Below, piece after piece: positions 6,386 through 16,100 of a stretch of DNA of 29,208 nucleotides. The stretch is from a virus (taxonomy: Duplodnaviria; Caudoviricetes). The notes beneath the pieces were generated by a model. That model was not told the origin of the DNA. It saw only the letters and a program-made list of their open reading frames with translations, and searched no databases. Position numbers and translations under genes: made by a program. The stretch is taken from positions 1 through 29,208 of IMG/VR virus record IMGVR_UViG_3300008261_000171, one strand, 5' to 3'. Within the stretch, counting starts at the first letter, position 1; every line of letters starts with the position of its first letter.

Positions 6386-8958
6386 GAGTTTGTTCTTGGG
6401 TTATATATTACTCTAGATTTTCCACCTTCAAGACTATTTAAATCTGCCCAATTCGGATCATTTGCTGTTCTTGACTCATTTCCTTGATAAAATCTTCCAG
6501 TAGATGTTTGTGTAATAATTGAACTCTTCAAATACTTTCTGACATCTCTCCAAGTCCAATTCCTATTATCTTGCATAAGAGTTGATATAAATCCAGCAGC
6601 AACTGGACATGCTGCACTGGTTCCACTAAAAAATGCATCAGATGCTTGAGATATTTTTCCATTAGCACCAATTTGCAAATCTATTTGTGATGGAGCATTT
6701 TCATAGAAAGTCATCTCCCATACAACTGTTGGAGAACCAAGAACACCACCAGTATAAGATGTATGTCCCTCATATCTCACTCTAAAAGTTCTATCTGGAG
6801 ATAAACCAGAGGTTTGATAATATATTCTTTGACAAGAAGCATCTGATGCAGTTATATAAATTTTTGGATAGGCAACTGAAGTTGCATTATATGTCCAATT
6901 AATTTGAAAATCATAATCTGTCACTGATGACCTAGCACCAAAAGTTACATAAGAATTTGAATTGACAAATATTTGATTTGTTGTAATATTTCCAAAGTTA
7001 ATATTCCATGGAATTGTAATATCCCAAAAACCATCATCATTTCCACCATAAGAAGTATTACCAATTGATGCAGTTACTGTGCTAACACCTGAAGGACCGA
7101 CTATTGTATTTGCAATAGAAACAATACTAACAGAATTATTGGTTGTTGTTGTTATTCTACGTCCAGTGTTGCTACCAAATGTTAAAGTATCTCCACTCAT
7201 GTACGCAGCAGTTACAGCAATACCAATTGTTCCATTAATAATAGTAGCTAGACCAGGATATGTGTCTGCCCTTATACCAGCAGCAGTGTACCCACGATTT
7301 GCTGCCAAGGTTCCATCTGCAGCAGCGTAAATATCAATTTCATTTCCCATATCACTATAGTTTACCTTTCTTTCCTTTCCATCAGGTTGATAATCATCAT
7401 CTAATGCACCAACATTTATGACTGGATACTCTCCTGAAGCAGTTCTTCCTAATTGTTGTGGAAATCCTCTTCTGTTTGTTGTGTTATATGCGGTGTAACC
7501 AAACTCATTGTGAGTTGCAGAGGTTAGTGAAACTGTACTTCCTTGGGCAGTTGTTGCCCAATAATTATTATAATCTGGATGTGATGGATTTACTTGTTTT
7601 TGGTTACTATTTCCTGCAGCTGCAATAAAAATAACTCCAGAATTAATACATTCACTACCTGCAGTTACAATAGAACTTGGAGCATGTTCTCCTTTCATTC
7701 TTCCAAGATCACCAGTAGTTCCGACATATTTAAAATAACCTGGTGCTGTTCCAGATGTATATGTTACTCCTATTCCACCACTAGTGCCTTGTCTATAAAA
7801 GTAAAATCCATTTGTTAAATGTCCTGTTGCACGATAACCCCAACTATTACTGCTCACTGTTGGGTTTCTATTACCATACTTTAGATTAACTGGTTTATTT
7901 TGATGGAAAATTTTTAATACGTCAAAATATATTTCGATTGCTGGAGAAAAACTACCAATTGAATTAATAAAAAATTTATTTGAATTGTATGCCCACCCCA
8001 TAGTTCTTCCATAGGTTAATGAAGCACATGCTGTTCCATGATTTCCTTCAACAGAAACTGTACCACTTGAACCATTGCAGTTTGCTCTAGTATAGTTAGC
8101 AGGAATATTAACAGTACCAATTGAAGCAAATTTTGCTGATCTTTGATTAGAAGTTGACCACCAAGATTTTGCAACAGATTCAACTGGTACTGTTGTTCCA
8201 TCCCAACGTGTCGTTAGCCTAGACCCAGGAGAACCTTCAAACCATTCTGGGTCAATGTAGTAGGGTGCATCCAAAATCAAATCTAATAAATCACATGTCC
8301 CAGTTGTAGCAGATACTGCTGCTGGATGCCAACCTGCCTTTAATGCATTCCCACCGATATAATCCACTGGAGAATTTGAAGTTCCAGCATTACTTTGAAA
8401 CTCTGGATGTCCAAACCAACAACCATCATCAGAAACTACTACATCAACATCAAATCCACTGGCATGACCAGGGACTCTACTTGTTAAAACCTGTCTTGCT
8501 CCAGTAGATAAACCAGTTTGCCACCTATCATTTTTTTGAGAATGTCTTAATAAAGAATATCCGCATCTACTAATATCAGTAGAGTCTGGTGATGCTGGCA
8601 ATAAATTTCCACCATTGGAAAAATCTCTATATTGTTTTGTATTGCTACTATACCTAAATTCTGGTATTACTCCAATTGGAAGATTGTGCAATTCTCTTGG
8701 TCGTGGTTTTGGATATGCCTCTGTATGTACTTGAGGATCTAAATGAATGTAATGAATTGAAGGGTGGGTCTTCAATTCTGCTGCTTCTTCATCAGTTAAA
8801 AGATACGATGCCCTTGTTTCACTGAATTCCTTTAAATCCGCACATTCAACACATCTTGATGGAATGCATGAGTCTGTGCAACCATCATTTATTAGTTCCT
8901 GATGTAATTGTTGCCATTCTTCTGCTGTATTGCAACCAAGTGTGTATTGATTTTCCAT
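6382..8958 (-). CDS. Peptidase S8 (subtilisin-like) serine protease with N-terminal propeptide-like region and an inserted domain
   Basis: Subtilase motifs in canonical order: VVVSDDG (Asp), GNHGTACAS (His), FIAAAGNSN (oxyanion Asn), VINVGALD, YSDMGNEIDIYA, FSGTSAACPVAAG (Ser). Start moved from 8982 to the ATG at 8958 (MENQYTLG), 1 nt after the upstream stop. Confidence 0.9.
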   Translation of the reverse strand: MENQYTLGCNTAEEWQQLHQELINDGCTDSCIPSRCVECADLKEFSETRASYLLTDEEAAELKTHPSIHYIHLDPQVHTEAYPKPRPRELHNLPIGVIPEFRYSSNTKQYRDFSNGGNLLPASPDSTDISRCGYSLLRHSQKNDRWQTGLSTGARQVLTSRVPGHASGFDVDVVVSDDGCWFGHPEFQSNAGTSNSPVDYIGGNALKAGWHPAAVSATTGTCDLLDLILDAPYYIDPEWFEGSPGSRLTTRWDGTTVPVESVAKSWWSTSNQRSAKFASIGTVNIPANYTRANCNGSSGTVSVEGNHGTACASLTYGRTMGWAYNSNKFFINSIGSFSPAIEIYFDVLKIFHQNKPVNLKYGNRNPTVSSNSWGYRATGHLTNGFYFYRQGTSGGIGVTYTSGTAPGYFKYVGTTGDLGRMKGEHAPSSIVTAGSECINSGVIFIAAAGNSNQKQVNPSHPDYNNYWATTAQGSTVSLTSATHNEFGYTAYNTTNRRGFPQQLGRTASGEYPVINVGALDDDYQPDGKERKVNYSDMGNEIDIYAAADGTLAANRGYTAAGIRADTYPGLATIINGTIGIAVTAAYMSGDTLTFGSNTGRRITTTTNNSVSIVSIANTIVGPSGVSTVTASIGNTSYGGNDDGFWDITIPWNINFGNITTNQIFVNSNSYVTFGARSSVTDYDFQINWTYNATSVAYPKIYITASDASCQRIYYQTSGLSPDRTFRVRYEGHTSYTGGVLGSPTVVWEMTFYENAPSQIDLQIGANGKISQASDAFFSGTSAACPVAAGFISTLMQDNRNWTWRDVRKYLKSSIITQTSTGRFYQGNESRTANDPNWADLNSLEGGKSRVIYNPRTNS

Positions 8959-8959
8959 A

Positions 8960-10315
8960 TTAGAGCAATCCTCCTCTTGCAAATCTGTATGTGGTTAAAC
9001 CAGAAATAGTAGATGCTGGAGTAATTCTAAGTTGACAAACTCCAGATGATATCGTTGCTCCAAACGAAACAACAGGAGTATTATTGAAGATAATTGAATA
9101 TTCTTGTGAATATGCTGTAGTCCCTCCGACCATCACTACACACTTCTGTGTTTGGATATTGGAACCATTTTCAACATGGATTAAATATTCTAGTGATTTA
9201 AATGCCTTTGATGAAACTGAGAATGAATCAAAGGTAAATGCTACTCCAACAGTAGCACTAAATGTTCCCACTCCTGTAGAAACTGCATATCTATCAATTT
9301 GTAATTTTTCTAATGGATTTGTGGTTCCTATGCCAACATTAGAAAGAGTATGAATTCCTGCTGCCGTAGATGTCCAATATGATTCTCCTCCACCACCACC
9401 TCCAGTGGCACTAATAGTTACTTGTCCAGTAGAACCACTAAGAATTATATTTGAACCTGCAACTAGTGAAGTTACTACTCCTGATAAGTTTACTCCAGAA
9501 CCACTAAAAGTAGTTGCTGTCAAAATACCAACAATTCTGGTATCACCTATTACTGTAAGTTTTGATGTCGGATTTACTGTCCCTATACCTACCTTAGAAA
9601 TTCCACTTATATAAACGTCACTAGTATATCTTGCTTTTCCTGTTTGATCTACACTAACTATTTGTCCAGGAAGTCCAGTGGTTGTTCCCAGACCAACGGT
9701 TCCCTCTGCATAAAGTGCAGTTCTTGATTTTAAATGCCAAGCATCAACCCATCCAGGATTAAGAGATGTGTTATCGTTAATTCCACCAATAGTGACTGTA
9801 GGATACCCACCAGTAGCATCACCAATTCTTAACCATCCTCTTTCACTATTTGATGAATCTTGAATCTTTACAGTCCCACTAACTTGTAGTTTTGCTGTCG
9901 GATTTGTGATTCCAATACCAACACTTGAAGTTGTATTAATTCCAGAACCAGTTATTGCCCATGGATTAATCAGACCAGGGATATTATAAAGACCAGAAGC
10001 ATCCCCAAAGAATTTAAATGCAGTTATTATTCCAGTGGTATTAATGTTTACATTTGAACTCAATGCTGAGGAAATACCAGCACTTGCAGAATATGTTGCA
10101 TATGCAGATAATCCAGAGTTGTTAGAATAAGATGAAATACCAGAAAGTGATGAATATGATGAAACACCAGCAAGTGAGGCATATGTTGCCACACCAGCAG
10201 TTGATGCATATCCAGAGGTATTTAAATTTTGAAGTTGTTCTACGTCAACAGCAATAGAATTAATTACTAATCTTTGTTGTTCAAAAGTTGAATTAATACC
10301 TACATTTCTAGCCAT
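8960..10315 (-). CDS. Tail-fiber-like protein (451 aa)
   Basis: Short N-terminal coiled-coil-like segment, 9-aa YASTAGVAT-type repeats, TGIITA motifs, three VGIG(I/T)(T/V)NP repeats, a poly-Gly linker, and a C-terminal domain (KSLEYLIHV...QTQK...AYSQEYSII...YRFARGGLL) typical of cyanomyovirus fiber-like proteins. Confidence 0.8.
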   Translation of the reverse strand: MARNVGINSTFEQQRLVINSIAVDVEQLQNLNTSGYASTAGVATYASLAGVSSYSSLSGISSYSNNSGLSAYATYSASAGISSALSSNVNINTTGIITAFKFFGDASGLYNIPGLINPWAITGSGINTTSSVGIGITNPTAKLQVSGTVKIQDSSNSERGWLRIGDATGGYPTVTIGGINDNTSLNPGWVDAWHLKSRTALYAEGTVGLGTTTGLPGQIVSVDQTGKARYTSDVYISGISKVGIGTVNPTSKLTVIGDTRIVGILTATTFSGSGVNLSGVVTSLVAGSNIILSGSTGQVTISATGGGGGGESYWTSTAAGIHTLSNVGIGTTNPLEKLQIDRYAVSTGVGTFSATVGVAFTFDSFSVSSKAFKSLEYLIHVENGSNIQTQKCVVMVGGTTAYSQEYSIIFNNTPVVSFGATISSGVCQLRITPASTISGLTTYRFARGGLL

Positions 10316-10349
10316 AATCCCTTTTCGTCTATTGATGAAAAATTATAAA

Positions 10350-10381
10350 GAAAAAATAAGGGGATTACCTTCGCAATCCCC
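10350..10381 (-). terminator. Rho-independent terminator downstream of the 459-aa gene
   Basis: Minus strand GGGGATTGC-GAAG-GTAATCCCC (9-bp stem with one G-U pair) followed by TTATTTTTTC, 30 nt after the stop codon. Confidence 0.85.
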
Positions 10382-10411
10382 ACATGATAAAAATATTCTT
10401 TTTTTGAAAAA

Positions 10412-11791
10412 TCAGTCGAGGCTGATATTTAGAGTAACCTTAATTTGGTCTCCGTTGTTCTGAATGTTGTATGGACCGTTTGTGAATCTTTCAGCAAACA
10501 TGATGCTGCTATAAAGAGTAGCACTACCAACTCCAGCAAGTGCAGGAGTTGTTCTGAATACGTCTGTTCCTACAGTCTCAAAGATTGTATATGTTGATGA
10601 AGCAGTTGTCGTATTTCCTGTTCCTGCAGCAATGTAAATTACATCACCAGGGACCAATCCATGATTTGTAGCAGTTACTTCACTGCAATTGAAATAAACA
10701 GTAGCACCAGTAGCAGCCTGAATGTTGTTTACCAGGTTATTGCTTAGATAAACAATTCTTTGGCTTTCATCAAAACCAGTTACCAAAGTTCCTGATGGAA
10801 TTGCGTTAACTTCCCCAACAACGTTTCCATGAGTTACTGCCATACCTACAGTGATGTTTTCTCCAACATTTTCTGTAAAGGTAACAATACCAGCAACTGT
10901 GGTTGTATTTCCTTTATCTAGTACGATAGCATTAGTACCAGCAACACCAACAACTCTTGCATTTGCTGCAATTCCAGTTCCAACAACTCTCTGATTTGTT
11001 GTGATTCCAGTTGGATTATCAACTGTTACTATGAACTCTCCAGTTACACCAACACCAGTTGGACTATATTTCTTATCAAACAAAGTAACATAGTTTCTGC
11101 CAATTGTTCCTGTTGTTTGAGTTTTTGCTACTGCAACAGCAGTCGAAACAGTTGCTGCATCCTGAACACCATGAATAGTTACAGGCATGTTGTTTGCTCT
11201 TACCAAATAATAACCATATTGGTTATTAGCAGCAGAACTGAATGTAAATGTTTGTTCTGGATATGATGCTGTGGTTGTTCCTCTACCAAATTCTAGAGAT
11301 TGGTTTAAGAAAGTACCAGTATTTGGAACAGTTAAGACAATGGTATTACCATCAATAGCAGCAACTGTTGCACGACTTCCTACACCACCACCAGAAACAT
11401 AGTGACCAACTGCAATATTTGTAGTTGAAGATACAGTGATTGTATATTGGTTTACATTTCCAGATCCAGTTGTAGTAACAATTGGAGTTGTAATTGTTCT
11501 AACATTCCACAAATTTCCATTCAATAGAATGCCATACTGATTTGCATAATCTTGGTCAAATCTATTATTGATTACCTGTGGGTATCCATTAGATGGGGCA
11601 GTTCCATAACCAATATTACCAGAAGCATCATATGGCTCATAAAATTTATTCTGAGCAGGAACATCAGATTCTGCTGGGGTTGTATCACTTGAATAAAGCT
11701 TCAAAATTAAATTTCTTGGAATCCTGTGATCGCTATTTACAAGATACCTTAGGGATTGAAGTTCGCCACAATCTGGTACTAATAGTGCCAT
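10412..11791 (-). CDS. Virion structural protein (459 aa): conserved core interrupted by repeated small beta domains
   Basis: Core segments MALLVP..GEL..LRYL...LILKLY...TP.ESD, TTASYPEQTFTF...YGYYL and AERFTNGPYNIQNNGDQIKVTLNISLD, separated by repeats of the type ITVSSTTNIAVGHYVSGGGVGSRATVAAI / VTVDNPTGITTNQRVVGTGIAANARVVGV. Has its own promoter, RBS and terminator. Confidence 0.8.
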   Translation of the reverse strand: MALLVPDCGELQSLRYLVNSDHRIPRNLILKLYSSDTTPAESDVPAQNKFYEPYDASGNIGYGTAPSNGYPQVINNRFDQDYANQYGILLNGNLWNVRTITTPIVTTTGSGNVNQYTITVSSTTNIAVGHYVSGGGVGSRATVAAIDGNTIVLTVPNTGTFLNQSLEFGRGTTTASYPEQTFTFSSAANNQYGYYLVRANNMPVTIHGVQDAATVSTAVAVAKTQTTGTIGRNYVTLFDKKYSPTGVGVTGEFIVTVDNPTGITTNQRVVGTGIAANARVVGVAGTNAIVLDKGNTTTVAGIVTFTENVGENITVGMAVTHGNVVGEVNAIPSGTLVTGFDESQRIVYLSNNLVNNIQAATGATVYFNCSEVTATNHGLVPGDVIYIAAGTGNTTTASSTYTIFETVGTDVFRTTPALAGVGSATLYSSIMFAERFTNGPYNIQNNGDQIKVTLNISLD

Positions 11792-11800
11792 CGATAATGT

Positions 11801-11805
11801 CTCCT
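11801..11805 (-). promoter_or_regulatory. Shine-Dalgarno AGGAG for the 459-aa gene
   Basis: Minus strand TTAGGAGACATTATCGATG, 9-nt spacing to the ATG. Confidence 0.75.
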
Positions 11806-11834
11806 AACTCGTTTATAAATTAACTTTATATTCT

Positions 11835-11842
11835 TATTTATA
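11835..11842 (-). promoter_or_regulatory. T4 late promoter, perfect consensus TATAAATA
   Basis: Exact gp55 consensus in the intergenic gap, 43 nt upstream of the ATG at 11791. Confidence 0.8.
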
Positions 11843-11854
11843 TATTACCAAAAA

Positions 11855-12562
11855 TCAAATTTTTAATTTCAAAAATACTGAGCATCTTTGAACACCTACA
11901 CAACTTAAGACATTAAATCTTAAAACATCACCAAGTTCTAATGATTTATTCCAAGTGGTCAAATTGTCATCTTTGTTTTTATTTTGATTATTTAATATTG
12001 GATATTCACTTCCAACAATAGATAAAAAATTGTTGGGAAAATTTGTATATGATGATTTTTCTATATCAAATGCTATTGTTCCTGTTGTTTCTGATAGGAC
12101 TGTCCAAGACTCTAACGTACCAGTAACATCCAATGTTAAATACCCTTTATTTCCTGGGGTGATATCCTGAGAACCATTGTCAACCATAAAAACGATTGTT
12201 CTCGTCAAATCGGCAGTTGTTTGTAATGCTATTCCCGAAAAGTTTGCACCAGAAACAGGAGGATTCGTAAAAAACAAAGTGTTTCCAGATACTTGATAGT
12301 CTACTAATGGTCTTAAAACAATACCATTAATTGAAATTACTAATTGTTGTTCATTTGCTGGACGATATGGTTGCCCATTCACAGTCAATACAAATGATGT
12401 GGTAGACCCATCAAATTGTGCTGATATATTATCTAATATTAAATTAGTATACTGAATACTTCTCAGTGGTGCCTCATAATTTACACCAATATTGTATTGA
12501 TCCTCTGGTACTAAGTTAACATTAAAATTAGGAGAGGATACTACTACATCGTAGTTGCTCAT
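11855..12562 (-). CDS. Virion structural protein (235 aa) sharing a domain with the gp7-like protein
   Basis: LDNISAQFDGSTTSFVLT...QLVISINGIVLRP..DYQVSGNTLFFTNPP parallels FDDISKFFTGTKKKFTLT...LFVFINDILQEP..SYTFNGSRLTFSEAP in the 1550-aa ORF. ATGA overlap with the upstream gene. Confidence 0.8.
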   Translation of the reverse strand: MSNYDVVVSSPNFNVNLVPEDQYNIGVNYEAPLRSIQYTNLILDNISAQFDGSTTSFVLTVNGQPYRPANEQQLVISINGIVLRPLVDYQVSGNTLFFTNPPVSGANFSGIALQTTADLTRTIVFMVDNGSQDITPGNKGYLTLDVTGTLESWTVLSETTGTIAFDIEKSSYTNFPNNFLSIVGSEYPILNNQNKNKDDNLTTWNKSLELGDVLRFNVLSCVGVQRCSVFLKLKI

Positions 12563-12894
12563 ATACTAACTCCAGGAGTAACTAAAAGACTTCCTTGAAC
12601 AACTCTTGTATTGTAGTTTGATGGAGATGTAATTACAACATCATAAACATATCTTCCGCCTTCCATTAAGGATGTTTCTGATTTTGCCATAGAAACCATT
12701 ATTTTTCCCTGGGTTCTATCTGGGAAAGAAATAGTAAATGGATATGTTTTTGATGAATATGGACTTTTTTTGATATAACTTATTGCAGTATAATTGAATA
12801 GGTTCAATTTTGAACCATTTTCATTATAAATCGTAAAGGTACTTTGAAAATCTGTCCCTTGCTCTAAAACGAGATTTATAATCTTAGCAGACAT
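12559..12894 (-). CDS. Small virion structural protein (111 aa), beta-sandwich type
   Basis: NLVLEQGTDF...GRYVYDVVIT....TRVVQG...VTPGVS, a motif set recurrent in T4-like cyanophage structural regions. Confidence 0.8.
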   Translation of the reverse strand: MSAKIINLVLEQGTDFQSTFTIYNENGSKLNLFNYTAISYIKKSPYSSKTYPFTISFPDRTQGKIMVSMAKSETSLMEGGRYVYDVVITSPSNYNTRVVQGSLLVTPGVSI

Positions 12895-12910
12895 TGCAAG
12901 AAGTTACTTT

Positions 12911-13114
12911 TTAATTATTTATCCTTTCTATCAGTAGTTTTAAGCAATCTTTTATTTCTTGGATATCAGTTTTTATACTGTCCAATTCTTGTCTTTCTTG
13001 TAATTTTCTATTTTTTATTTTCAAATACTCATTATATTCATGTTCATTGCAATTTAAAACTGCATTGGTCTCTTCATCTCTAAAGAGACCATTACTATCT
13101 TTTATTGGTATCAT
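12911..13114 (-). CDS. Conserved small hypothetical protein with C-terminal coiled coil (67 aa)
   Basis: GLFRDEETNAVLN....EY..YL followed by the heptad-like ELDSIKTDIQEIKDCLKLLI. ATGA overlap with the VrlC-like gene, which is the position I recall for this family. Confidence 0.8.
   Translation of the reverse strand: MIPIKDSNGLFRDEETNAVLNCNEHEYNEYLKIKNRKLQERQELDSIKTDIQEIKDCLKLLIERINN
12916..12922 (-). promoter_or_regulatory. Putative late promoter ATAAATA
   Basis: Within the last codons of the 67-aa gene, 21 nt upstream of the ATG at 12894. Confidence 0.55.
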
Positions 13115-16100
13115 AATACTGCGATTGCTCTTAGATCTTTAATTTTTGGTACAACTGATTGATTTGTTCCTGCCATAATAATTTTTATTTGGAATCCATT
13201 AAACAATGGCAAATCTTTTGCAGTGTACTCATAACTTCTATATTCAGATTCTGAAGAAGAAGGAAGAACATTTACATCTGGAGTACCATCATTATTTTTA
13301 GGATCAATTACATTTCCATTCAAATCTACATTTCTAAAACCAGGGAATAATTCAAATAGTTGTTGATCATCAGGGGTATCCGATCTCAATAGACGATACA
13401 TTACAATTATTTCATTTGAAGTATCTCTATATGCATCAAAATAAACTTTCAAACTATCTGCTCCTTTCTGTAATCTAATTATTTTAGAAACATAAATTGC
13501 AGAAGTTGGGTCATCATACAAACTATTAACTTTTGGATTAGTAACATAATTTGTTACTGGTTTATCAAGTCTATTCATAGTTGTAATGATGTTGACTCTA
13601 TCCAAATCTATTATAGGAGAAACTTTAGTATCACTAGTAGATAAGGTCATTTCCATTACAAACGACTTATATCCGAGATAACTTTGTAAATTAGCAACTT
13701 CATTAACTCTCGATGCTATAATTCTTGGACTATCGAAATAGTTATTTGAATTGAGTGATATTGACTCAAATTCTCTTGCACTAAATGGAAGTTCAGTTCC
13801 ATTTACACTCTTTCCAGTTACAGTTCTAATTTTTGCATCAAGTGAAGTTGTTTCTGGTAACAAGGATTGGATATTTGGTCTTAAACTATCAAATTGAATA
13901 TTTTGTGTTGCCTTTGGTCCAGAAATTGTATTTGCTCCAGAGGATCCAACATTTAAGTCGTAAGTTCCTCCTGTTTTTGTTTCATTGAAGAATAATTTTG
14001 GTGGACCAAACTTTCTGTCTTTTCCTTTTTCATCTGTCTTAACTTTAATATGATAACTATCAAGAGTAATTGGATACTTATTAATATCGACATCGGCAAA
14101 TGAGTGTGTTCTATTGATTCTTCTTAAAGAAATTCCATTAAATTCATACTTAAATACTGGAGAACCAGCAAAATGGTATGGAATCATGGTTACATTAAAG
14201 ACTCCAGGATTGTCTATATCAATCCCTCTAGTTATTCCAGTTAAAGTATTTGCTACAGAATCATATCCAGTATATTTGATTATTTCATTATTTACTTTGA
14301 TATAACCAGGATTGTCAGAAGAAACTCCAATATTTTCAAAACTGGTGAAAATACCAACAGAAGATACTTGTATGCTTCCAGTCGATGCTTGATTAAAATC
14401 ACTTACTAATTTTTGTGGAGTTACATCAGATTCAATTCCATAAAGTGTGACCATATTGTTATTGGCATACATGCCATGATTATTATGGTTGACCTTAAAG
14501 TGTAGACCGTCTGTTAAAAGTTCAGAATAGTTTACCAATCCATTTGAAATGGTTGATATTCCGTTGCTTGGATTTACATAAGAAATCTCATTCGCAACGT
14601 TCGAGGTGTTAATTTCGTCTTGAACTTGATCAATAATTAATGAATTAAAGGATGAGATAATACCAACTGAATTTGGAATAGTTAGAATTAGGTTTCTTCC
14701 AAATCCACCAGTCTGACTGCTTGGAATGGTTAATGTGTCACCAATTGCATATCCAGTACCACCAATAGATACTGTTGCTGCAACTGCAACTCCTGATTGG
14801 ATTGTTAAATTGACTTTTGCCCCAGATCCTCTGCCACTTATAGTTGTTAATGGTAAGTTATTATAAACTCTATTTTCAGTATATCCAATTCCAGGATTGG
14901 TTATACTTAGATTTGAATTAATTCCTACAGCACCAACAATGCTAGACAGTTTTCCAGAGAAATTAGGATAATTTGATTGAAGTATTGTTGTTCCTGGAAC
15001 TAAATTAGTAATATCATAAGTAGATAATGTTCCAGAAAGACCTACTAAGATTTTCTTAGAATATGCAACTATTGGATTTGGTCTCAATGAAGTAATTTGT
15101 CTATTTCCTACACCCAAATCTGGATTATAGAATCTAAAACTTCCTGTTGTTGATGTAAACTCTGCTCTATGAAGAATGAACTTCAAATCTTCTAGTTGTG
15201 ATGGTTCCCATGTAGCACCATTTTGTGATTTAAACAATGAACCAAGAGTTGGTTGCTGAGAAACAATAATTTTCTCTGCTTCTGGTTTATTGATTGTAGA
15301 AACATCAACTTCAGTCATTCGTGAAATCCAAACATTATATGAGTTTGAATTTGAAATCAAAACAATTGCATAATCATTACCACCCTCTAAGAAAACAGGA
15401 GCAGGGAAGGTAAATGTTGTTGATACTGAAGCATCTTCGGAAGTTTGGATTTGGTCAGGATTTAAAACAACCTCTCCAAATGGAAGAATTTCTTGTGATG
15501 GCAATCCAAGATATGATGTTCTTAACTGTAAAGTAATAGGAATATTTGCTTCATCTTTAGTTTTGAAGAAAATTTCGCATTTAGTTATGAATACACCATT
15601 ATTCTCATTTACCTCAAATGTCTGAGCAAGTGGGTCTACCCATCTTCTTTGAATAACTCTGGTTGAAACAACTGATCTGTTTGTGAGAGTTGTATTTGCA
15701 ACAAGTCTATCTTCAGTTTCAGTTAAAGTTCTGGAATCAGTTCTAATATTTCTCTCAATATCAGCATTTCTTACTCTTAAGGTCAAACTCTCTACATTAT
15801 CTACAGTACCACTAGAAGTAAAGTTTGCTTCAGCAATACTATCTACTGAACCACCAACAGTAGAATTTGTTGAACTTGTTGTTAATGTTAGAGTCTTTGT
15901 TCCAGATTCAAATGTTGGGTTTGATGGAATAGTTGGGTCTGGAATAAACAATGACCCAATTAATGTTCCAGAAGAATCCGTAACTAATCTAATATCTGTT
16001 ACTGTCGCAATAGCATTACTTAATGAACCTACTAATTGCATTGATGGTGCAACACAACCAAAGAACCTTGAATCTGCTTGATTTTCCAAACTAGCAGTAT

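Noticed and set aside
8016-8201. 61-aa minus-strand ORF inside the protease gene
   Set aside because: Out-of-frame shadow of the S8 coding sequence with no independent signals.
8959-8982. ORF-track start of the protease at 8982 (and similarly the gp8 start at 22242)
   Set aside because: These are TTG extensions. The downstream ATGs at 8958 and 22233 avoid overlap or match the expected N-terminus.
10342-10347. TATAAT (minus strand) upstream of the 451-aa gene as a sigma70 -10 box
   Set aside because: No -35 element at a suitable spacing, and the hexamer is expected by chance in AT-rich DNA.
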